Origin: a virus
Reading direction: 5' to 3' (one strand)
IMG/VR virus record: IMGVR_UViG_3300005077_001244
Length of the DNA stretch: 64,000 nucleotides
A program made the position numbers and the translations under genes. Shown piece by piece: positions 49,453 to 59,369 of this stretch. The notes under the pieces were generated by a model. It made no database searches, was not told where the DNA came from, and saw nothing but the letters and a program-made list of their open reading frames with translations. How positions within the stretch are numbered: the first letter of the stretch is position 1; every line of letters starts with the position of its first letter.

Positions 49453-52400
49453 TTATTCTCCAATCTTAATCATTCCTTTCATACCTATCATGGAACTTAA
49501 CCAATCTTGTCTTTGTTGATCTTTACTTCTTTGGTCAACTGTTTTTTCATCTATAGATTTTGCATGAGCAGCTCCAGCCCCTGTATTTCTATCCATATTT
49601 TTTAAATAATTTAAATGTTTTGTTTCATTTTCTTTAGCTCTTTTTCTTTCCCTATATGCTATAGCAGCCATTTCTTTTGTTGTTACTAAATCTGCTTTCT
49701 GCTTTTCATATGCTTGTTTATCAAACTTAGCATCACCACCCCATTTCGCTTTATATTTTTCAAGATCTATAATCGCTTGATCTACATCTGCTATAAATTT
49801 TCTATTACCTGTATCATTAGCATATGCAGAAGTTTGACTTGTAGCCATTTGTTTTAAAGATGCTTTTAAAGTTTTATATTCATCAACATCTTGTTGATAC
49901 CATGCTGAAACATTAATAGCTTCTAATCCTTGAACCATAGATCCAATTTTTTCAACTAATGCAGTACCAGTATAACCCATCATAGCAATTTGAGCATCTG
50001 AAAGATTTCCAAAAGCCTTATTTTGCGCTGCAAATTTATCTAAAGCTGCTTTTGTTCTTGAATCATCTTTACCATATTTTTTTTCTAATAATTTTGCTTC
50101 ATTGTGTAATTGTTCAAGTTTATAAAATTTTTCTGCATCAAACTTTTTCTTTTCAAGCTCTTCACCAAATTTTATTCTGCTTTTATAAAATTGTTGTTGT
50201 TGTGCTGTTAAAGTAATCTCACCTGATTCATGAAGTCTCATTTTTTCTTTATAACTTTCAACAATTTTTGCTTGTTCTTGAGTCATACCATAACCCATCA
50301 TATTCATTAATTGCTGAGTTTCATCCATTATTTTATTTCTTGATTCATCAGATAATTTTTCAACATCAAGTTGCATACCACCTTTATTTTTGCCACCATT
50401 TTGTATGCTTTTACCACCTGTATTATCTTCAACTCCCCACATTTTATTTCTAAAAGTGTTTCCCTTGTCAAGAAAACTTTCGCTTATTATATTTGCGCCT
50501 GAACCAGACTCATCTATTGTTGAAGTTATTTCTTGTCTTTCTTTTATTTTTCTTTTTTCTATATCTGCAAAACTAACATTTTTTGCAACATCAGCAGCTT
50601 TTACTAAATCATTTTGTTGTATTAACTTTTTAATAAATTTTTCTTTTTCAGTTAACTCTCTCTCATCTTGCTCTTTTGATTGTATTCTTATACTCTCTTG
50701 ATATAAATTTGCATCTTTAATTGTACTATTTGAATTTTGTAATAAATATCCTAATCTATCTAATTCTGTAGCTGTAAGTTTCTTTCCCTCTGATATACTT
50801 ATTGTAAAACCTTCAATTTCTTTTTCAACATCTTTCTTATTAGATAATAACCCACCAATTCCTCTTGCAATTGCTTTTTGTGTTTCATCAGACATTAATC
50901 CAAATGTTAAACCATTTAATGCACCTGCAATTCCACCTGCAAATTTTTCACCCGCTGAAGAACTCTTTGTGGCAAAGGTATCAGCAGCGTTCATAGCTCC
51001 TTCAAAAGCACCCATAAGACCACCTATAGCCAATCCCATAGGACCAAATGCTTTAGAAACTAATCCTATACCTTTTGTAGCTAAACCAATTCCCTTTGTA
51101 GCTACACCACCAATAGCTCCACCTGCTTTAGCTAACATACCTGCTTTTGGTGCAGCAGATGCAACAGTTCCAGCAGTACCTAATCCATCTATAGCCATCC
51201 CACTAAATGTGGATCCCATGCCAAGCATCCTTGAAAAGAGTCCTGCTTTTTTTGGGGCAGAAGTAGTAACAGTTTTAACTGCGTCAGTAGCAGTTTTAGC
51301 TCCCTTACCTCTTCCAGTAAACATATCAAGAAAGCTACTTCCACCTGCACTTAAATCACCTGCGTTCTGAACAAACATGGGTCTTGCTCTACTAGATCCT
51401 CTTGCAAATAAATCACCAAAAAATGATTTACCAGCACTAAATGCTTTTAATCCAAGAGCAACAGAGGCAAGAGTAGTTATGATAGGATTACTTTTCATCA
51501 TATTAAGCCAAAAATCAACAGCACCACCTAGTATATTAGGAGTTTGTTCTATAAGAGTTTTTCCTATAAATCCAATTGCCTTACCAGCAATATCAATAAA
51601 TCCACCTGCAAGTTTAGCAAGAAAGTCAGGAAAGTTACCACCACCATTAAGAACATCCATAGCTGGCATAAATGATTCTTTAATTGCATCAAAAACTTTT
51701 GTTAAACCTTCTGTATATCTTTTAAATAAACCAAATACTTTTTTAGCAATATCCCAGAATATCCAAATATTTTTATTAATCCATGCCATCATAGGTTGAA
51801 GTGCATCACGTTTCATTAAGTGGAGTGTGTCATTAAATTTTTGAGATTCAGCAGCCATTTGTTCTTGTTTTTTTTGAGCTGCTTTATCACCTTGAGCCTT
51901 TGCTTTATAATCTTTCATTAATTGACTAATTTCTCCTGTGGTTGCTTTAGCCATTTTTTGTGCAATTTCAAGAGGTAATCCAAGCGATTTAGCAAAATTC
52001 ATTCTTGCCATAGGGTTAGCAATATTTTGAATTTGTTCTGCAACTTGTGGAAGATTAGTTAATAATCTATCAAATATCATTTCCTTAGCATCACCTGATG
52101 CCATCATATCCATATAATCTTGATATGATATTCCAACTTTATTAAGTAACCCTATGTTTTCACCCATTTGTTCAGGATCAATTAATTTCCCTACCCATTC
52201 AGCAGCCTTTTGTGTAGATATACCAAATTTAGAAAGCACACCAATAGTTTGAGATATTCCTTTAGTTAATGCGTAAGCTGATTTAGTACCATCACTAAAA
52301 TATGGGCCAACCTTTTCCATTGCATCACCAATAGTCTTCATAGAAACTTCAACTTCACCTGCTGTCATTCCAAATGTATCTTGTAAGGCTAATACTGATG

Positions 52401-53193
52401 ACATCATTCTTTGTGTTGATCCAATAGATACTTGCCAATTTCTTACCATGATACCTGCAAAGGATGAAAAACTTTCTGCACCTATTCCAGATGCTAAAGA
52501 TAAATTAGTTACCCATGCAGTTAAACTTTCAAATCCTTTAGTTGTATTTGGTATTCCTTGTGCAGAAAGTGAAATAAGAACTTGTCTAACAGTATCAAGA
52601 CTACCAGCAGACATACCAAAAACTGTGTGCATTTGACCAATAGCTAATGATGTACTACCTGATGAATTTGAAAGAGTGTTAAGTGATTTACTCCAATCAA
52701 GAGTTTCTTGATTGGCTTGAAATGCTTCTCTAACTACTCCTGAAATTCCGAAGTGAACCCCTAACATAGTTGGAATTAATGCTTCAAACCTACTAATTAA
52801 AGAACGAGTTTGATAATTAAATTTACTCATTCCTAAAGCACCCATTTTCATAGCTTCAGAAAGACCTACTTGACTTTGTGATGCGTTGCTTTGTTGTCTT
52901 TCAAGATCTTTAAGAAATGAAGAATTAAATTTACTATTATTTATATCATCAAATCCATGACTAATTTGTGCAAAATTATTCTTAGCATGTTTGCTAAATG
53001 TGTCAAAATCTTTATCAATATTATTAATACTTTTTTTAAATGATTTTTCATCAATCATATTTGACATTAAATCACTAAGTTTTAATACATTTTTGGAAAG
53101 GTTATCTATTCCCTTCCCCATAGTATCAAGAACTTTAGTATTAGCTTTTAATGATAATTCTATTGAATTAATTTGCTGCCCTTTTTTAGCCAT
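49453..53193 (-). CDS. tape measure protein
   Basis: 1246 aa, Ala/Gly-rich helical, position before the hub gene. Confidence 0.8.
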   Translation of the reverse strand: MAKKGQQINSIELSLKANTKVLDTMGKGIDNLSKNVLKLSDLMSNMIDEKSFKKSINNIDKDFDTFSKHAKNNFAQISHGFDDINNSKFNSSFLKDLERQQSNASQSQVGLSEAMKMGALGMSKFNYQTRSLISRFEALIPTMLGVHFGISGVVREAFQANQETLDWSKSLNTLSNSSGSTSLAIGQMHTVFGMSAGSLDTVRQVLISLSAQGIPNTTKGFESLTAWVTNLSLASGIGAESFSSFAGIMVRNWQVSIGSTQRMMSSVLALQDTFGMTAGEVEVSMKTIGDAMEKVGPYFSDGTKSAYALTKGISQTIGVLSKFGISTQKAAEWVGKLIDPEQMGENIGLLNKVGISYQDYMDMMASGDAKEMIFDRLLTNLPQVAEQIQNIANPMARMNFAKSLGLPLEIAQKMAKATTGEISQLMKDYKAKAQGDKAAQKKQEQMAAESQKFNDTLHLMKRDALQPMMAWINKNIWIFWDIAKKVFGLFKRYTEGLTKVFDAIKESFMPAMDVLNGGGNFPDFLAKLAGGFIDIAGKAIGFIGKTLIEQTPNILGGAVDFWLNMMKSNPIITTLASVALGLKAFSAGKSFFGDLFARGSSRARPMFVQNAGDLSAGGSSFLDMFTGRGKGAKTATDAVKTVTTSAPKKAGLFSRMLGMGSTFSGMAIDGLGTAGTVASAAPKAGMLAKAGGAIGGVATKGIGLATKGIGLVSKAFGPMGLAIGGLMGAFEGAMNAADTFATKSSSAGEKFAGGIAGALNGLTFGLMSDETQKAIARGIGGLLSNKKDVEKEIEGFTISISEGKKLTATELDRLGYLLQNSNSTIKDANLYQESIRIQSKEQDERELTEKEKFIKKLIQQNDLVKAADVAKNVSFADIEKRKIKERQEITSTIDESGSGANIISESFLDKGNTFRNKMWGVEDNTGGKSIQNGGKNKGGMQLDVEKLSDESRNKIMDETQQLMNMMGYGMTQEQAKIVESYKEKMRLHESGEITLTAQQQQFYKSRIKFGEELEKKKFDAEKFYKLEQLHNEAKLLEKKYGKDDSRTKAALDKFAAQNKAFGNLSDAQIAMMGYTGTALVEKIGSMVQGLEAINVSAWYQQDVDEYKTLKASLKQMATSQTSAYANDTGNRKFIADVDQAIIDLEKYKAKWGGDAKFDKQAYEKQKADLVTTKEMAAIAYRERKRAKENETKHLNYLKNMDRNTGAGAAHAKSIDEKTVDQRSKDQQRQDWLSSMIGMKGMIKIGE

Positions 53194-53260
53194 GTTTTGA
53201 TCCTTTTAAAATACTTTATCTTATTTATATATTACAAAAAAGATATAAATAAATATTTTT

Positions 53261-56134
53261 TTAAGCTTCACCATTATCACTTTGTGTAACTGCATTATAT
53301 AATTGTCCTGCAAGTTCAGAAGAACCAGCGGTTGAATCTTTTAATAGGGAAAGGCTTGTAATATACTGTCCATTAGATATAGCATGTTTAATATTTTGAA
53401 TAACATAAATACCTGTAAAATAGCTTAAATCACCATCTTTAGTATAATATTTTATAAATATATATTTGCCTAAAGCATTTACATCATATATGGGATCACC
53501 TATTACATCTAAATCAGCAGTTATATTTGTAGATGCTAATAGTGAATGTTTTCTAAATTCCTGCATTACTTTTCTTCTACCTTGTATATCTGCAAATGAT
53601 GAATTTTCTACTAATGGGTTTTTAAATATTAAAAGAGATGGATTTGTATATGGAACCTTACCATGATATTGTGAAAAATATTCTTTTTGTCTTCTTATAG
53701 AAGCAAGTTCTTGTTTTGCTTCTTCTATTTTTTTCTTATTTTCTTTTTTCTTTTCTTCACTATTATTTCCTGTTGGATTTTCTTTTTCTAATATTGATAT
53801 TTCTAAAGTTTTTGCTTCAATTTTTTGTTGTAATGCTGGAATACTTTCTTTCATTACAGCACCAACATTAGCTACTTGATCTCTAAAATTTAATTTAGGT
53901 TGAAAAGAAAGTATATCAGGGAAATCTATATCCCATACAGAAGGGTATCCTGGATTATATTGTGAAAAATCATTACTTTCTGTATTTGTAAATGCAACTG
54001 CTCTTTTATTAGCCATTCTGAAAGAATATGCTTGTAATATTTGTTGTTTACCATTTAAGGGATTATATAAAGAATCAACTCCAGGAATTACTTCAAAAGA
54101 TAAAAGTAAAACAGGTGTACCTTTAGGCAAATCTGATATTATTTTATATTCTTTTTTTATATCATCTATAGCATTTGATGTAGTAACTATATCTTGTAAT
54201 ATATTTGGTTTAACATTTAAACTTTGTTGGAATTGTTGTCTTGCTTCAACTATCTGTAATAGTGTATATATATTTTGTGTTGCTTCTTCTTTTGACATTT
54301 CAAAGCAATTTCCAATTATTTTTGTTGGGACTTGATTTTTAACTTCTTTACTACCAATTGCTATTTTTTCTTTTTCTATACTTTCTTTATTTGATTGTGG
54401 AGAAGTGTCACCATCTTTTATTTGTTGCCAGTCTTGTTCTCCAATCCAAACAAAACATTTTTCAGAAACCATTTTAAAAACTTGTGACCATGAAGAAGAT
54501 GGGTTCAAATTTATATCTGATGCTTTTATTAAATAATTTTCATTCCCAAAATTATACACATCAACATTATCATTAGGATTCTTATATCCGCCAATATATC
54601 CATCATTAAATCCTTGTATATAACTTACATGTGTTTTGTCAATATCTCTTTTTTTATCATCAGATAAAGATGAATCATTTTTACTTTTTTCTTTTATAGT
54701 TTTCAATTGTTCTTTAAATGTTTGTTTCATAAATTGAAGAATATCCCAAGGATGAATAAGTGAATTATTTAATACGGGTGTTAAATCCATTACTAATTTT
54801 CTTAATGATTTACTTACTTCTGTATTGTCACTTAATAAGGTTCTTAAATTATCTTGTATAGATATTAATGAATTAGATTTTTGAAATAGGTTAAAAATTT
54901 CTTGAAGATTTTTAAATGTTGAATCAATTTTATATTTTTTAATATCTATTTGGTTATTAACAAACATATTTACAAACTTTTTATTTTTAACATTTTTACT
55001 TTGTTTTTCATCCTTTCCTAAATTATTTAAAAAATTTACAAAATATTCAAATTCATTACTATCAGATTGAATTATTAATGTATCATTTGTGAAAAAGGCA
55101 AAGGAAGAAAGTAATACATGAATTATTCCATCTGTAGATTTAATTTGTTTAAAAAAATAAAGAAATTTTATAATAAATTCACCAATATTTTTCTTTTTAA
55201 TACTTTCAGATGTTTTTTTATTTTGTAATTCTTCACCAAAAAAAATATAAAAACTATATAAAGTATGAATCATTTGTAATGTAACACCAGGATTCTTACC
55301 TACAAAATCATAAGGTAAAAAATGTTGAAATGGTTCAGGAAAATTCATTTCCTTCATACCAATAAAAGTTAATTCTAAAACACCTTCATTGCTGTAAGTA
55401 TGTTCAAAATCAGTTACAACACAAAACAAACTACGTCTAAAATAACACCTTGTTTCAATAACAGATGCTCTATCACCTTGATAATCTGAAAGATCCATAA
55501 AATTTTGTAAATCAATACTACTATCTTTATGATACCATCCATATTCAATTTCTAAAACAGGTGCAACTGACATTAACATATTACCTAATATGTATCCAAT
55601 ATATTCAATAATATCTTGATCTGCATCAGTAATAACTAATTTAACTTTATGATCTTGTGTACTATATTCAAAATTTTTAATTATATTATTATAACTACCT
55701 TTATTCTCATTTTCTAAATTAGTAGTAGATGGAGGTAAAAATATATATGTTAAAGAATCTTGTTTTCCACCAACTATAACTAATTGAGCTTTAATATATG
55801 GAGTCGCTGTTTGAAGAAAATATACAGGTTTAGTAAATAAAGGTTTTGTCTTAGTTACATCTCTTAATCCATCAATTCTATCTTTAATTCTTATATCAAG
55901 ATTCTGTGTAACAATTTCTTGTTTTTCTGATTCATTAAATTTAGTGCTTTGTAATGCACTTTTAACATTTTCATCACTAAATCTTTCTTTATCTGAAACT
56001 ATTCTTTCGTTTGTATCAGCAGTTTTTAATTCATCATCATACTTTTTAATAAAATCAGAAATATTAACTCTTTCTTTCTTTTTTAATTCTTGTTTTTGTT
56101 GTGATGCTACTGCTTGCTTATTTTTTTTTGCCAT
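53261..56134 (-). CDS. baseplate hub (gp27-like) protein
   Basis: C-terminal VIGDP...FTGIYVIQNIKHAISNGQYITSLSL. Confidence 0.7.
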   Translation of the reverse strand: MAKKNKQAVASQQKQELKKKERVNISDFIKKYDDELKTADTNERIVSDKERFSDENVKSALQSTKFNESEKQEIVTQNLDIRIKDRIDGLRDVTKTKPLFTKPVYFLQTATPYIKAQLVIVGGKQDSLTYIFLPPSTTNLENENKGSYNNIIKNFEYSTQDHKVKLVITDADQDIIEYIGYILGNMLMSVAPVLEIEYGWYHKDSSIDLQNFMDLSDYQGDRASVIETRCYFRRSLFCVVTDFEHTYSNEGVLELTFIGMKEMNFPEPFQHFLPYDFVGKNPGVTLQMIHTLYSFYIFFGEELQNKKTSESIKKKNIGEFIIKFLYFFKQIKSTDGIIHVLLSSFAFFTNDTLIIQSDSNEFEYFVNFLNNLGKDEKQSKNVKNKKFVNMFVNNQIDIKKYKIDSTFKNLQEIFNLFQKSNSLISIQDNLRTLLSDNTEVSKSLRKLVMDLTPVLNNSLIHPWDILQFMKQTFKEQLKTIKEKSKNDSSLSDDKKRDIDKTHVSYIQGFNDGYIGGYKNPNDNVDVYNFGNENYLIKASDINLNPSSSWSQVFKMVSEKCFVWIGEQDWQQIKDGDTSPQSNKESIEKEKIAIGSKEVKNQVPTKIIGNCFEMSKEEATQNIYTLLQIVEARQQFQQSLNVKPNILQDIVTTSNAIDDIKKEYKIISDLPKGTPVLLLSFEVIPGVDSLYNPLNGKQQILQAYSFRMANKRAVAFTNTESNDFSQYNPGYPSVWDIDFPDILSFQPKLNFRDQVANVGAVMKESIPALQQKIEAKTLEISILEKENPTGNNSEEKKKENKKKIEEAKQELASIRRQKEYFSQYHGKVPYTNPSLLIFKNPLVENSSFADIQGRRKVMQEFRKHSLLASTNITADLDVIGDPIYDVNALGKYIFIKYYTKDGDLSYFTGIYVIQNIKHAISNGQYITSLSLLKDSTAGSSELAGQLYNAVTQSDNGEA

Positions 56135-56145
56135 TTTTTTACCTT

Positions 56146-56766
56146 TTAATATCCAAAATCATCATCATCTGTTTTAGATTGTTCTTTAACAATATTATCT
56201 TCTTTAACTGCTGACTTAGTAGCTGATTTAGTTCCTGGAGTGATTGTTGAAACTTTGTTTTCTTCTTCTTTTATTAGACCAGAATTATCACCTGCCATAG
56301 TTTTTTTAACTTCATTTAATTTAACACCACGTTTAGAATAAAGATTCATAGCTTTTACTTGAAAATCTTTTTGTGCTTGTTCAAATAATTCTTTTGATTG
56401 TGAACTTAATTCTAATTCAGTAAAATCTTCTGATTTATTTAAACCATAATTAATTAAAGATGCTTGTGTTATATAATTAGTAAAAAATGTTCTATAACAT
56501 TTTTTAATTTCTCTTGGCAAATAAGACTTAAATATTTTATATAATAATCTACCATTATATTTATTTGAATTTGGTATTTTAGATAATTGCACAATTACTC
56601 TAACTATCTTTGCTCTATCTAATATGTTTAATTGTTTTGCTCCTATATTAAGAAGATGAGTTTTAGTAGACCCCCCACCAGGAAACATTATAAACGCATA
56701 TATGCGGTAATTTGTTTTCCATCTTACATATCTTAAAGAATAAATTGCGCCTGTTTTTAATATCAT
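56146..56766 (-). CDS. hypothetical protein
   Basis: 206-aa ORF; weak resemblance to T4 gp2-type proteins not confirmed. Confidence 0.65.
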   Translation of the reverse strand: MILKTGAIYSLRYVRWKTNYRIYAFIMFPGGGSTKTHLLNIGAKQLNILDRAKIVRVIVQLSKIPNSNKYNGRLLYKIFKSYLPREIKKCYRTFFTNYITQASLINYGLNKSEDFTELELSSQSKELFEQAQKDFQVKAMNLYSKRGVKLNEVKKTMAGDNSGLIKEEENKVSTITPGTKSATKSAVKEDNIVKEQSKTDDDDFGY

Positions 56767-56785
56767 ATTTATATATATCTCTTTT

Positions 56786-56794
56786 TATTATATA
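56786..56794 (-). promoter_or_regulatory. TATATAATA -10-like motif
   Basis: 19 nt before ATG 56766. Confidence 0.45.
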
Positions 56795-56854
56795 ATTTAT
56801 ATTTTTGAATATTAAAAATAAATTTTTAATTAAAATATAAAATAGGAGAATTAA

Positions 56855-57331
56855 ATGATAGATTTAAAAAAATATAATCAAGCTAAATATAAAAAGAAAA
56901 AGAAAAAAGCAATAAAAATGCTTGATTCATATAAAGGAAAAGAATCATCAATAGAAAAAAAAATTAGAGAGTTTTTACAAAAAGAAGGAATACATTTCAT
57001 ACAAGAATATGGCGTAAATCATATTTTAAGAAAAAAACCATTATACAAAGTATATGATTTTTATTTAAGTGGGGTAAATGATAAAGGTAATCAATATAAC
57101 TTTCTGATAGAAACAGACGGTTTTTTTTTTCATGCTCATGAATATTTAGAAGGAAATTTAGCTTATAGTAAATTAAGTAAGTTACAAAAAAGAAATTTAA
57201 GAAATGATAAACTAAAAAATGAAATAGCAAAAAGTATTGGTTTGCCATTATTAAGACTTAAAGAAAAAGATATTAATAATAATTTTCAATTAATTAAAGA
57301 AACTATATATAATATGATTAATCGTTTTTAA
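56855..57331 (+). CDS. Vsr/DUF559-like (EDxHD-type) endonuclease, the only plus-strand gene
   Basis: SSIEKKIREFL, YDFY, IETDGFFFH, DKLKNEIA...LLRLKE; GGAG SD. Confidence 0.85.
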   Translation: MIDLKKYNQAKYKKKKKKAIKMLDSYKGKESSIEKKIREFLQKEGIHFIQEYGVNHILRKKPLYKVYDFYLSGVNDKGNQYNFLIETDGFFFHAHEYLEGNLAYSKLSKLQKRNLRNDKLKNEIAKSIGLPLLRLKEKDINNNFQLIKETIYNMINRF

Positions 57332-57371
57332 AAGTATGTAATTTGTTTGAAAATATATACATGTTAAAAAA

Positions 57372-57788
57372 TTATGTAAGCATTTCTAAAAATATTTTTA
57401 GTAACATTTCTTCTTCATTATCAATTTTAAAATTTTCTTCTTCTTCAATAACTTTAATTAATTCTGTAATGATTTCAGGAATTTCTTCATTATAATTTTT
57501 ATTATTTTCATTAAACAGATTAAATAAAGCTAAAATAATATCACGTTCATCTTCTTCAGAATATTCTTGATTAGTAGTTTTAACTATAATATTTTTGAGC
57601 TTTATAGATAAACTAAGACCATCAACTAATATATTAGCATCTTCTATATCTAATAAAGGAGTTAATAATGTATCATCTGGGCCAGACAAACCTTGATTCT
57701 TTCTACTAATTATTTTCTTTACTTTTTCTTGAAAATACCTTGTAGGAAATGTTTTAAATAAATAATTATGTGGGAAGAATTGCAACAT
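57372..57788 (-). CDS. hypothetical protein
   Basis: 138-aa ORF. Confidence 0.65.
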   Translation of the reverse strand: MLQFFPHNYLFKTFPTRYFQEKVKKIISRKNQGLSGPDDTLLTPLLDIEDANILVDGLSLSIKLKNIIVKTTNQEYSEEDERDIILALFNLFNENNKNYNEEIPEIITELIKVIEEEENFKIDNEEEMLLKIFLEMLT

Positions 57789-57791
57789 TTA

Positions 57792-58244
57792 TTAATCCGT
57801 ATCAAGTGTTACATTTAATCTATTACCATTTTCATCAACAGATGCTACTATTCTATTTTTAGAATTAATATAATCTCTAAATGAAATAGTGTTTGTCCCA
57901 CCACCATTTGATCTATTTGCTAATACAGCAGTAAATAATTTAAGTAATTCTCTTATACCAAGATCACCTTCTATATCAGCTTCCAAAGTAAATTTATCAA
58001 TTGTACCATATTGATAACGTCCTGATATTACACTATCTGCATCTATCATAACTGTATAATCTTTTTTATCTTCAAATAAATCAAAATTATAAGCATAAAA
58101 CCCATTATCTACATCAGTCATATTTTCAAAAGTTACTACAGCAGTAGGAACATTTATATCAGTAATATCTGTTATAGTTATTTTAGGAGTTAACCCTATA
58201 ATCGGTGCTTCTGTACTATTCTTAAAAATTGTTGTTATTTTCAT
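57792..58244 (-). CDS. putative virion protein
   Basis: IIGLTPKITI, GFYAYNF, NRIVASVDENGNR. Confidence 0.6.
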   Translation of the reverse strand: MKITTIFKNSTEAPIIGLTPKITITDITDINVPTAVVTFENMTDVDNGFYAYNFDLFEDKKDYTVMIDADSVISGRYQYGTIDKFTLEADIEGDLGIRELLKLFTAVLANRSNGGGTNTISFRDYINSKNRIVASVDENGNRLNVTLDTD

Positions 58245-58253
58245 AAAATACCT

Positions 58254-58532
58254 TTAGCAATTAATTGCTCCACTCCAAATATCCAAAGTTTTAATTTTAA
58301 CATAAAGCTGATCTATTAATGGTAATGTTACATCAAATGTAAAATCAATTCCATCAAATTTAACAGTTTTAATCATTAATTCCTTTTTATTCTCTGTTCT
58401 TGCTTGAGCATTAACAAATCCTAAAATATTAACTATACTTTTTTTAGTATGGAAATCTACATCTACTTTACCAATTTTCCAATATTCTGCATCTACTCCA
58501 AAATTTGTTGTAAAAGTTTTTTTTAAAGCCAT
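58254..58532 (-). CDS. hypothetical phage protein
   Basis: MALKK..TNFGVDAEYWKI. Confidence 0.7.
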   Translation of the reverse strand: MALKKTFTTNFGVDAEYWKIGKVDVDFHTKKSIVNILGFVNAQARTENKKELMIKTVKFDGIDFTFDVTLPLIDQLYVKIKTLDIWSGAINC

Positions 58533-58561
58533 TTTTAAACACCTCTTTAATTATTTAAATT

Positions 58562-59212
58562 CTATATTTCTTGAATAATTTTCCTATAGTTTGTTATTGC
58601 ATGATCTTTTATTGAATAATAAAATGGGATCCTAACTTTTGGTTTACCAAAATGAAAACATAAACCAAAATGTCTATAATTCATACACCATGTTGGTAAA
58701 TGAGGAACAATATCTCTGCCACAATTAACCCTAATCGCTTCAGGACAAACATCTTTCATCATTAAACTAAATAAATAATTTCCTACACGTGGAGACCCAA
58801 ATATAACTAATTTTATATTTTTATTTTCTAAATGTGTTTTTAAATATAATACTATTAAAGAAGCTACAGCCCCACCTAAACTAAAACCAGTTATAATAAC
58901 ATTACCATTATATTCTAAAACAATTTGAACTATTTTATCAATAATTAATTTATAATGTTTAAAAAAACCAAAATGTATTTTTGGACCATTACTATAAACA
59001 TCAAAATGAATCTTTTCATAATCTAAATTATTAATCCAATCCTGTAAATCATCAGAACCATGAATACTAATAATTAAATCATTTTTATGCTTAATAACAT
59101 GAAATTCTGCATTGCTAATATTATACTTTTTTACATCATCAAAATACCCAACAATAGGAGTTTGACATGCTTTTACAGTTAATTTAATTAATTCTTTTTG
59201 GTATTCATTCAT
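58562..59212 (-). CDS. class 3 lipase (alpha/beta hydrolase)
   Basis: HGS..DW, IHFGF, GFSLGG, FGSPRVG, DIVPHLP, DH. Confidence 0.88.
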   Translation of the reverse strand: MNEYQKELIKLTVKACQTPIVGYFDDVKKYNISNAEFHVIKHKNDLIISIHGSDDLQDWINNLDYEKIHFDVYSNGPKIHFGFFKHYKLIIDKIVQIVLEYNGNVIITGFSLGGAVASLIVLYLKTHLENKNIKLVIFGSPRVGNYLFSLMMKDVCPEAIRVNCGRDIVPHLPTWCMNYRHFGLCFHFGKPKVRIPFYYSIKDHAITNYRKIIQEI

Positions 59213-59216
59213 TTGT

Positions 59217-59369
59217 TTAACCTATTTGTATATTCGCTTCTTGTAAAAGTTCTTCAATCCTTTTATAAATATAATCACTTATATCCATTCCTAATATATC
59301 AGAAATTTTTTTAATCTTATCATATTGCTCATCAGTCATAATAAATACCTTTTGTCTCTCTGCTTCCAT
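59217..59369 (-). CDS. 50-aa ribbon-helix-helix-like protein missing from the ORF track
   Basis: MEAERQKVFIMTDEQYDKIKKISDILGMDISDYIYKRIEELL...; TAATG overlap with the upstream gene. Confidence 0.7.
   Translation of the reverse strand: MEAERQKVFIMTDEQYDKIKKISDILGMDISDYIYKRIEELLQEANIQIG

Noticed and set aside
7514-56773. T4 late promoter TATAAATA
   Set aside because: A few copies (7514, 53222, 56766) but inconsistent spacing, and expected by chance at this AT content
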